Below, in pieces: positions 23,247 to 35,200 of a stretch of DNA of 64,000 nucleotides; within the stretch, counting starts at the first letter, position 1, and each line of letters opens with the position of its first letter. Made by a program: the position numbers and the translations under genes. Under the pieces are notes generated by a model that saw only the letters and a list, made by a program, of their open reading frames with translations, had not been told where the DNA came from and ran no database searches. Origin of the DNA: Phoronis australis (taxonomy: Eukaryota > Animalia > Phoronida); the NCBI GenBank assembly GCA_002633005.1, contig NMRA01000237.1:62001-126000 (forward strand). The letters run 5' to 3'.

Positions 23247-26200
23247 GTATGTTGATGTTTGCATGGTGGATGTTTTTTCTCGCTGTTGCCCAAACTGGTT
23301 TAATTAAGCGCCTGTTTTCTGTGCACACATAGAAATAGCCTACTAGTGCTGGAAGTGCTTAATCCATTACAGCAAGCCCTAGCAAAACTTAGGCTGTTTA
23401 GTTTGATAAACACCATACAACTGTGTCATATCAAACTTTTCTGTAATGGTCAGAGGCACAAGGCTTGTGCCCCTCCTGCTATTATGTGACTGAGTGTCCA
23501 CTTAGTGGTCAGTGTATTATTGCCTGGCTTCTTGGTCACTGATCTCAATAAAGCACTGTGTTGCCCATCAGTCCAGAATACAACCTGAGGTCCTGTAGTG
23601 TCCTTAACAGTATCTTACAAGGGGCTTGTTTCTCGAACAGTCTATAGTTAAAAGTTTTTTTTGTCCTTTATCTTGACTTTTTAGTATGCTCCCGAGTAGG
23701 CAATGGATTTCTGTCTCTTGGCTTCGAGTTGTTGACAGATTATCTGACTTTTAGCTTTATAGCCTGATTTTATGAAAGAAGCAAAGCATCCATCGACTGA
23801 TTTCTAGCTAAAAGGCAATATAGTAGAGTCCTAGAGAAACAGTCCTGTGGGGTTAAAATTTTGAGTCCCCATTCTGTTATAATCTTTTGAGAAACAAACT
23901 TCTGCACATTTTAGTCTGCCTGGGCATTAATTCTGTTGTTCTTGTGTGGTAATTCCACTTAAAATGGCCAATTCTGAACATAGGCCGCCTAAGTGTACAT
24001 GCACATGGCCAGTGTTGTTATTCCAAGTCTTGGGTAAATCGGTGGTAAATTTTGAGGGTTCTTCAATGAGATCATAAATTCATGCCCGCATGTTATCGCC
24101 TGGCATTAAGAAGACTGAAGAATTCTGCCCAGTCTTAACCTGGGATTACCCAATACCTGTGTAAATATAAACAAGTTATTTAAATCACATGATCCCTCTT
24201 ACCTCAAGTCCTGTGTGTAAGTCCTGTCCATTGATCTCTGTTCATATGTTCTGAGGCCTAAGTATAGTGCTCTGTTCATATGTTCTGAGGCCTAAGTATA
24301 GTGCTCTGTTCATATGTTCTGAGGCCTAAGTATAGTGCTCTGTTCATATGTTCTGAGGCCTAAGTATAGTGCTCTGTTCATATGTTCTGAGACCTAAGTA
24401 TACTGCTCTCTTCATATGTTCTGAGGCCTAAGTATACTGCTCTGTTCATATGTTCTGAGGCCTAAGTATACTGCTCTGTTCATATGTTCTGAGGCCTAAG
24501 TATACTGCTCTGTTCATATGTTCTGAGGCCTAAGTATACTGCTCTTTTGCCTTGATCAGTTGTGTTGCAGTTACGACCATCTCTCTTCCAACTTTGCTCA
24601 AAACTAATTGCCAAAATAGTAACTTTTCATTTTTGGCATGTATCTTTGAAATGGTGAACTCGAGTGTTGCTCTGTGAAAGCCATGTACTACCAATTAAGA
24701 TGAAATGAAAATAATTTTCTGAAGTTTTGTTTTTGTTGACAATTTCCACTTATCAGCCATATTGTGCGCTGTGTTTTGCTGTAGGCTGTGTACACTTATG
24801 TGTCCTGAGCTCAACTTGATAGTTCCTTCAATTTAAGAATTTTTCACAGGGTGTCTAAAAGATTTCTTCGCATCAAGCAAAAAGGTCTTTGCAACTATAT
24901 TCTTGACTTCACTTAAAATCTTTTCAGTGCTTTAAAAAGTTATGGTTAAAAGTGGATGTAAGTCTGAGACATTTAATTGGCCTTTACAGACCCGGTGCTC
25001 AATACCATTAGATGAGTAATTTATTATTTTCTAATAATTAGCGAATACTGGATGTAGTCATTTGCGAACTAATTTTGTAACTAATCTTACCGTTTATCAG
25101 TTTCGCAGGTTTGATAAGACATCTTCCAATCTCCTTTCTCCAGCAATAACTTCACCTCAAAGGATACCGGTCTCCCCCATTAGACGATAAAATCGGCTAA
25201 ATTAGCATGAAATCTTGCTATAATTAAGAATATCCCATGTCACCCTATTAATAAACAGACCATGCGCAGTATCTGCTTGATATGCGATTACTCCCAAGTC
25301 CAAGGCCTATATACTGCTGCAGTTATTTCTACATAGAAATTGTCTTCATAATTTTATTACATCCAGGGGTCACTTGAAATAAAATGCAATTTTCTGTACA
25401 ACTGGGACCAAGGTCAAATTGATTAGGGATAGGTACTAATTAGTATTCATCAAATTTCCAGTTTGGTTGTAAAATGAATTACTTAAATTGATTTTATTTC
25501 TCGCTGTGAAAAAAATAAAAAAATATTAATATTGAATTATTTTCAACACTCCATTACCAGAAATAATTCATACAGTCCAGATAGGAATTTATATAAGTCA
25601 GTTAATCTCTCCAAGCAGTTCAGTCTTATTTCTTGTGCACTGCATATTTGCGCACTGGGGTTAGGAGCAGTCTGTTGTGTTTAACTCCCCAATTGAGTTC
25701 ATTAGGTTGACTAATGAAAACAAGGTTTAAGATGATGGTATGTTCCTTGCTACTGCTTGGCTGAAATACTGACCAGAAACTGCCACAAATGGTGGGATTC
25801 TGATAAATTGTTAAGGTGATGTTTAGGATTGCAAGCTTGACACCCAAAAGTGCTTTGAAATTTTTGTGTTAACCATGCTACCATGTTATGTGGTGTATAA
25901 TGACTACTGAAATCTGAACCTGTAAAACAGAACACCACCATGAAAGTGGTGACACCTAGTATTAGTGCTGTGTTTGTCTTGAGGCTCAGGATGATACCTC
26001 ATCATTTTCCGATGAAAATAACTGCTAAAATTACACTGTTTTTATTTTCAAGGATTTCTAACAGTGTTGTGAATTCCTACAAAGTTTCAAAATGTTTTCT
26101 TTTGGTAGCTAGGCTACAAAACTTGTATATGGTAAAGCATTGTGGCACTATATATCATTTATGAATAAAGGAGAAAATATAATTTCACCTGTATATGGTA

Positions 26201-29200
26201 AAGCATTATGGCACTATATATCATTTATGGATAAAGGAGAAAATATAATTTCACTTGTATATGGTAAAGCATTGTGGCACTATATATCATTTATGAATAA
26301 AGGAGAAAATATAATTTCACTTGTATATGGTAAAGCATTGTGGCACTATATATCATTTATGAATAAAGGAGAAAATATTATTTCACCTGTATATGGTAAA
26401 GCATTGTGGCACTATATATCATTTATGAATAAAGGAGAAAATATAATTTCACTTGTATATGGTAAAGCATTGTGGCACTATATATCATTTATGAATAAAG
26501 GAGAAAATATAATTTCACCTGTATATGGTAAAGCATTGTGGCACTATATATCATTTATGAATAAAGGAGAAAATATAATTTCACCTGTATATGGTAAAGC
26601 ATTGTGGCACTATATATCATTTATGAATAAAGGAGAAAATATAATTTCACCTGTATATGGTAAAGCATTGTGGCACTATATATCATTTATGAATAAAGGA
26701 GAAAATATAATTTCACCTGTATATGGTAAAGCATTGTGGCACTATATATCATTTATGAATAAAGGAGAAAATATAATTTCACCTGTATATGGTAAAGCAT
26801 TGTGGCACTATATATCATTTATGAATAAAGGAGAAAATATAATTTCACCTGTATATGGTAAAGCATTGTGGCACTATATATCATTTATGAATAAAGGAGA
26901 AAATATTATTTCACCTGTCTGCCACATTGTGCTCTAAATTGGTGAAATTTTACCGTAATTTAGGTTTGTTGATTTGCCATTAAAAAACGCTATTACAACA
27001 GGCATGGGGAGGAGACAATGTGGACAAGGTTAGTTGTTATTTCGAGATGCTGATTTTTTATAGAGTATAACGCGCACTTTTCTAGGTTTTGTAGATTTTC
27101 ATTCAGAACTGTCAAACTGGGAACATTTTTGGAACATGTTTGTGTCTGGTTTGTAACTGAATAGCTCAGTGATGATGTGCAGATAATGTCAGTACCATTT
27201 ATTTTTGGGGGTGAAATATGGTACTTGCACAGGTTATGGTCTTCAATAGGGGAAGGGGGTCCCTCCAGGGTGGGAATACTTCTGTGCTGTAGATTTGGAC
27301 TGTTTCACAGTTTTGATCATATTGCTATGGTTTTTTCGGCAGTATTTGTGTTGAAATGAATATCTTATTCCACAAAGAAGTGATGTAGGTTTTGTTTTCG
27401 AATTGAGGGATCTGTGTGGATATGTGAAGAGTAAAAGTAGGTCTTGATTCAGATTCTTTTTTCCAAATACTATGTACCACAATTTTGGCCCTGTGGAGCC
27501 TCTCCTAGCCCTTAAGTTAATGAGAACCGGCCCTTGGTATGACCAGCCTGTGAAATCTAGTTGGGCCAAAGAAACTTTACTGAGTGCTCATGGTATGTTT
27601 GGTAGTTCTGCTGAACCAACACCAGCCAAAATGCACTGAAGCACTTACAACTCTGAAACAGCAGGTCAACATACAGTTGGTCACAGTCACAGCTTCTATA
27701 ACATGTGGTGTCAGACAATCTGTAAACAGATGGCATGTCTTATAAACAACATTCATTTGGTCTTGTGTTCACTGGTCAAGTATTCACCCCATAGTCTGGT
27801 TATTGCCTGGGGTGTTAGGGCGCCTGTTTGTTTTGTTTTTTTTACAAGTTGAAAATTAATGACCTTGCAAAGGGATCTATAACTTTGGTGTGGCACGCAA
27901 AGCCTCCTTCCATTTGGTGTTTATGCTCCATGGTGTCAATCTGATGGCAGCAATGGCACTGAATTGTCCTGTTTCCAACTTGAGATCCTGATGTTCTACA
28001 AAAAGTAGAAAATGAATTGCAGTCTTGCGCTTCTTGGACTTTGCTTGTTATTTTATGAGAATGGACTTACACATTGTGGGTTGCCTTGAAATACTCAGTC
28101 GTGCTTTCGAATACCATTTATTTACTTCGTAAGATGGCATTGTTAAATTCACAAAAACTTTTTTACTGTTTATTTATAAAGATCTTTTTATATAGAAAAG
28201 AAAATGCCGTTATATTTTCTTTTGTTTTTACTGGCCTAGGTTTGATAGCTAAGAAATTTCGCTCTCTAAGTGAATCTGTTGTGGTCTTGGGGCCTATTTT
28301 AAAGGTTACACACCCAGCAGTAGCCAAGACATAGTCCTTGGATTTTTAAGTAAAACTCGAATAAAGACAACTTTTCTAAAATGTAGCGAGCTGGAAACGC
28401 TATCGCATGAAACTGCGTGAAGCCATTCACATTCAGTGTTCGTAAACGCCCTCACTCAATGCACAGCCTTCCCATGAGTCATTGACACTGTTACAATGAG
28501 TTGTGATTTGCTGATTGCTCGGCAATCTTGATTCGGGTATTTTTACTTGATTTGGAATTTTCCTTGTATCGTACCTGTTGCCGTCCTGGCATCCATTCTC
28601 TGAATAAAGGTTGAGAATGATGGATGTTGTACTGACAAAATGTGCCGCTACGTTTTAGAAAAGTTGCTGTGTTTATTCAAACTTTACTGGTGTTCATCAG
28701 TGCGAGATCTTTCGGTACATTTTTATTTAAAAAGCAAATGATTAATGTTACACTAAATTTGATTGTGACATGGCATTCACTTTGGCAAACCTAGGTAATA
28801 TGGTGTGTTGGTAGACTGCGCCCTTGGAGTAATAATGTTCTGTTGTATGATTTTTAAATTTTTTTCACCCACAACACAATCCTCATTGTATCAGTTTTAA
28901 CTGGGCCTTCCAAAAAGAACACTTGTATCACAAATGCATTTTTTCCATTTCTATGGTAAAACTTCAATAAATCATGAGACAATCTGGTGGAAAGTGCTTT
29001 TGAATTAAAGAGCCATTCATGAAATCGTGCGTGCTGCCTGTAGCAATAGGGTGTGTATAGACATTGATTATGAGACCAGGAGAAATGTGACTCAAAACCC
29101 CTGATAAAAACACCTATACCGTAAGCAACAGTGCAACAGGGGTTGTTCCAGTTGTAAAACCGCTGAAATCAGAGGCCACCAAGACAGTTTGAAATATGCA

Positions 29201-32200
29201 CAGTGCATATCAATTAAATCACATATGATCATAAATCAACATAAATTTTAGATTACGAAATAAGCAATCTAATAGAAAAAAAGGTAAACAAGTAACAAGG
29301 CATTACCCAGAGATCCTATTGGAAAGTGTATACAGAGATGGCTAAACAGTGTAATAGAATATCTGCATTGTACCTACCATGCCTGGCCCAGTAAGCAAAA
29401 CATTCCAGCCCATTAACTCTCATTGTTCAACAAGTATTTGGCCCAGTTTTTGAGGGTGCATAGACATTCTGTCTCCCCTCCATGAACTGTGGAGGGAGGT
29501 TGATTTCCTGGTGATTTGTAGAAAGTCAGCTAGAGTGGTTCAGGAAATTTACAATTGTGGTTGAAAAGGTTATGTATTACCTTTTTAAAAAGTCTGTGTT
29601 ATCCAAATATCTACAAAACTAGATTTTAACCTGTCAAAAGTATATATTTTCTGAAAGTAAAAAACCTATAGTTTTCAAACTAATATGTCATTAATTGGCT
29701 TCCCTAACAATGTCTTCTATAAAAAATTAGCAGAAAACAAAGCTTAATTCATACCAAAACAGTGTCATTAATAATGTGACTGAGATAAAATCTCAAAAGT
29801 GCATTCAAAACTATCATTTCGTTTTTGTTTCGTGCATTTTATTAAATTTTTTTACAGGCTCTTCTCACAAGTGTAGAACATTTTAAAACCAATCCAATCA
29901 GCCGTTTCAGAAATTAGACGTTCCGAAAATAGTAAAATTCGCAAGTTTTTGTAGCGTTTTATATAACCTTAAACTACTAGGTTTCATTGACCGAAACGTT
30001 ACTGCTTTGTTTCACTGTGAAAGATTATGGTATGTAGTATAATTGCAACCAATTTAGGGCACATTACATCAAAAAGTGAGTTTTTTCTTATTTTTTCATT
30101 TTAAGACAACTTGCACCACATTTACTCTTGACAGTTTTCAAGTTGTACTTTAGTTACCATCAGGCAACGCTTGAAAAATGTGCATCGAGCAGTGACAACG
30201 GTGTTATAAGCACTTGAAAATGACATGAATTTTTTATTTTAGGAATTAGTTTGTTCAGAATTGGTAAGATATTACTGTGCACCAGAGTTCGCAATACTAT
30301 TTAAATACGGTCATATCTCCTGGTTTTATTGTTAACATCTTGAGATGTCTGGGCAAAAGTGTATCCTGGATTTAATAGCATTGTTTTTTACGCAAATATG
30401 GCAGATTGGAGACATTTTATTCTGCTAAATGAAAATATATGAAGATGGAATTTGTAGTTCATTTTAGAGCAATTTATACTGTTTAGCTGTCATCATTTAA
30501 GACATGATGGAATTCTGAGCATTATTGACGATGTAATTAGCACCTAAGATTGACTGGAATTTTTTATCAATTGCTTTTGTTTGAATTTAAAAGAACATCA
30601 ACTTCAACCACACAGCTATGCCTTTAATAATCAGTTTGTAGTCTATGTTCATGTTTGGAATATTAATGTAAAGATTATTTATCTCTTTCCGATGTTTTGT
30701 AATGCTTGTCTAGCTAAGGTACTCTAGTCTCTTTTTGAGGCCGGTGGGCCACTAAACAACAAAAGATTTTCCCTGTCATTTTGCATTTTTTATAACCAAC
30801 CAGTCAACATCAAAACGTGACTGTGGTGTCTCGGAAAAAAAGATTAAACAGTTGTCACTGAGAGTTCCCCCTGGGATTGTCTGTGTGTAACAAAAGTAGT
30901 TGTTCTTGGAATGCATCTAAACCTTCTGTTAAAATGTACATCATGGGGACTGCTTCAAACCTGCTCTGCCAGATTTCCTCATCAATTGAGAGCTGTCAGC
31001 TATTTTTGGTCTCCATTTACTGTGTACTATTAATAGACCTGAGGAATGCCAGACTCTACCAGCCTGATTTGCGCAATACAAAAACATGAAAATTGGAAAA
31101 GTAGTTGGCGTTGTTATTTTTTTTAAATCCTTAATCTCAGCATTTTCAATTAATGATTTAACCATAGCCAAATTTACTTTACCCTCTGGTCACCACCACC
31201 AAAAGTGCGATCACACTATTGTTTTTTTTTAGAAATTTTGACCTCATTTCATCAAAAAAATTATCTAACCCACCAGTCTGCACCATTTAAATATTAAATA
31301 CAGCACTAGACCGGCAATCTAGAGACCTGTGGTTCGATTCTCAGTTGGGGTTCCTGATTTTTCGGTGTTTATTTGATATATTTCACTACTGGCCAACCTC
31401 AGCGTCTATATATTAAAATATTACATTATTTGAGAAAATAAGACTTTAAATGTTCGCTTTTGTCTTTCTCCCATATTATTTAAATTTGCGTTTCTCTAGA
31501 ACTCCTGATATCTCACTTCTAAAATCCACCCACTATGCTCTTAAGCTTGGCGCACCTATTTACCATCTTGAGTTTCCAGTAGTATTGCACAATAAAGTTT
31601 TCTCCAAAACTGTGCCATTCTTTGGGCATTCGCATACATACAGAGCACGTGATGGCTCAGGCGCCTACTTTCACACCATGGTGTATCAATACAGTAGGTC
31701 CAGATGCACAATTTCATCCACGGGACCTGAATTAGAACTCTTAAGTATGAGTACGTTTTTGGTACACCCTGTATATAGCAATGTACTTTGGTACCTATCA
31801 CTGCAATAGGCCTTTCCAGTCTGTCTGTATTGCATAATCATTCTGTCTAATTAATTAGTATATTCAGTAGCTCTACTATTCTTCCTTATTACATCAGCAT
31901 GGCTAATACTTGCCATGTTGATTCGCTGCCATTTCACTGAGAATGACAGTTTCACGGCACTCCACAGCACCAAGATGTTTGCATGTTGCTGATGGCAAAG
32001 TGTTGAAGTTGTAGCTTCAAATAAACTGTACCAAAACTTGCAATGTGATTGATCTCGTCAATTTAAGGTTTGAATTGATTGTCTGTTCTGTTGGTTAAGT
32101 GGCGATATCTTATGAAACTGACAGAGGTTAGTATTACATGGGAATTTAACCTGTTCAGATGAAGTTTAGGGTTTTCACCAAGAGTTGAACATTGGGTGGT

Positions 32201-35200
32201 TCCCTTCCTTGTCACTAGGGGGAGTTACAGGTGCATGCTTCTGGGTGTTTTGTGGCAACTGACCAATCCCAGTCTTTTTATTCTTCTTTACTTGTATTCA
32301 TAAAAGTTACGCCAGTTCTAACAATTCCTTTGCAAAGTTCAGTGTGTTATAACAATACAAAGTCTTAATGATAAAAAACATCATAAAAGCTCAGTCTTGT
32401 GGAGACCTGATTATTTTCTAAAAAATTATTGAGCTACCATAGAATTTCTCGTGACTCTATTGCACAGGATGTCGACTATTGTGCCGTGAATACTTTTCTT
32501 ATCACCCCTCAACTAGTGACCTAGTTTTGTTAATTCTGGTATCGTTTTTGCCTTCGCAAATATGCAGTTATTCTTCACTAATAATAGATTAAAATGTTAC
32601 GATTTTTCTCTTTTTTCAAGAATTCGACGAACTAACTGGTCACATGTTTGCCTTTTTGTGTGTTAAATAGGCAACAAATTGCCGTAGGTTTTCTGATCAC
32701 CATACTGGACTCGCATTTTTATTTTGTTCTTTCTAAGAAATTCTCCTTTTCTACCCTCTACTTGATTTGGCCTCAGTGCCAAGCTGGCGTTGAATCAAAA
32801 TCATTGCGCAGCAGCATCACCAGCAGCAACAGTTGGAGTCTGGTGCTCATCATGTCTGTAAGCCCACTCACTACTTAGGTATTAACATTCTTGGCAAGAC
32901 TGCCATCTCAAGACATAAGATAGACAGAGATGGCTTTCTGTAAACAAGATCTTGTTCAAGCTCTAGTTAAAAGGGCTTGTGATAAAACAAACAAGATGGT
33001 TGGAAAAGAGGCATTTGTCTCTTGCTGTACATCTTCAGTAAATGCTCATTGGTTAGAGAGAACTGGTTGGATAGAGAAAAATGAACGTTTATTTGCTAAT
33101 AGCAATTTAGATGAGTTGCACAGGTTATGATAAACTGTTAAATCATGCGTAGTGCATTAGCGTGGCACAAGGTTGTAGCCATATTTTTATGTTACGTTTT
33201 AATTTTTTCTAAGTTAAGGAAAAGTGGTAAAATTTGTCTGGAACATTGCCAATATTATATGTGAATCATAAAACATAAGCCAATGAAATTGGAGTCAAAG
33301 TGTTATAATAATCATTACCTCCACAGAAGGGACTTCAATATGCTTGTTTTACTCTAGTATCTTTTTATGACGCATTTTTTGTGGTACGGAAAAATCTCTG
33401 ATTTTGAATAAAAGTAACTAAAACTGGCCTTTAATGTGGTTGTGAATGGCCACAATTTCTAACATTGTACAACGGTTGTTATGGTATAGAACTCAAAATT
33501 ATGAACATTTTGGTGCTCTTCTTATTAGGGAAAGAAACGAAAAATTGAATTTCGCTTGTCCACCATTTTACAGTCTAAATTGGCCAGATCTTACTATAGT
33601 TTTTTTGACAGTATTCCAGTTATCTTGGTAACTTTTTTTCTGGAGTTTTTCTATTTTGGTCTTCGAATGAAACGTGATTACAGCAATTAACCTGTCTGGT
33701 AAGGAAAAAAATTGCGTCAGTCTCTGATTCAGCAGCGATCAAATTTCAAAGTTTAAACTTTCCACCTTGGTGGTTGTTTGCACCAAGCAGCGTTTTGGGG
33801 TTCTGTCTGACTCATCTCAGAGTGTGATTAATGAGGTTACTTACCTGGTTTATCTACGGCTTGTTGATGAGCACGGCTTGTTGATGAGCACGGCTTGTTG
33901 ATGAGCAAGATTTATCAATGGTTTAAACATCTGTCGTCTTTTGAATCATGAGCAAAAACAAGAAAAAATACAAGGTACCTGAGTAATATGAGAAGTTTCA
34001 GAAATGGCACCATGCAGCTCACGAGGGCCTAGTCTTCTACGCAACCTGTTTTGTCTCGTCGAGTTTGAATTTAGCCGTGACGAGTTTGATTTACTTGCGT
34101 CAGTTTGAAAACCTGTGCAATTAATTTGAACTTTCTTCTAGGAAATTGGGACAGTTTGGGCTTTTGTTACCAATTCAATGGATTCATTCCAAGACTTAAC
34201 ACATTAACTCACACAGTATGGACGTGGACCTTGAAACACGCATGTGAATTTTGTAATTCAGGTCGAGTTTGAATTTTTTGTTGTGGGAACATGAGGGCCT
34301 TTTTGATTTTGCTTTTCGTGATGGGATTATAGTTTTCAATTGTCTGTTTGATAGTTTCCGAATATGAACAAAGACTTTGTAAGCCAGAATATTTATTGTA
34401 AACATGTATGAAGAAAATACTGTAAAAAAGATTTATTGCTCATGCGTATAGAAAAGACTGTAATAAGACAAAGAATATTTAGTTCATACTGTGGGATATT
34501 TTGAGCTTGTGTACTGGATTTATTTCCATTTTCCATTTATTGCTAGATGAGCAGCAGTACAAATCATTTTTGTTTTGTATGAGTTTTAGTGAACACAGTC
34601 TTTTGACATCTCTTTACAACCACACACGGTGCACATCCTTTAAGAGCAAAAGAAAAGCCAACATTTACCATTGTTTGAATGCCGTATTTGTCTGGGTTAA
34701 AGTCTGCAACATAAAAAATCAACGTGGTCATAGGCTGAACATAGGCTTTTAGAATTGTTTATGGTTGAAATGGGTGTGTATCTGAACTACATTTGCATTT
34801 ATATAAACCAACCAGGTTGCCTGCAAGAATTGAATAAACGAATTTGAAGAATGCAGGCAATGTGTTGCTGGGGGTGGGGGTGTAGTCGAGCATATAGCGA
34901 GCATATAGCGTTTGTTTTGAGGAACTGAAACTGGGTTTACATTGACCAGAGCATTGGCAAATTGCAAGTAGGTGCTTCAAGTCAAATAGGGATGTGAGCC
35001 GGGATGAATACAGTAAATGTCGTGGACTTCCTTTCAGAAATTTTCCATTTGTGTTCAATTTTTTGGCTAGTTGTTTCAGACTTTGAAAAAATTTGATTCA
35101 CAATTTTTATGTGTTGATTTTCAGAGCGAAGAATGGATTCGCGTACGCATACAACAGATGGAGCCCGACCTAATGGAAGTCGGATCTACCCTAGAGGAGG

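Noticed and set aside
22988-23293. 101-aa minus-strand ORF
   Set aside because: Antisense shadow of the real + strand exon 23112-23246.
24236-24545. CRISPR-like array (34-bp repeats)
   Set aside because: Units are contiguous with no unique spacers, no cas genes, and the DNA is eukaryotic.
26140-26937. Longest ORF in the track (265 aa) as a gene
   Set aside because: Pure 66-bp tandem repeat with near-identical units, no synonymous divergence and no recognisable domain.
31750-31776. Tc1/mariner-like terminus (TACAGGGTGT on the minus strand)
   Set aside because: Only one end found; no partner TIR identified with confidence.
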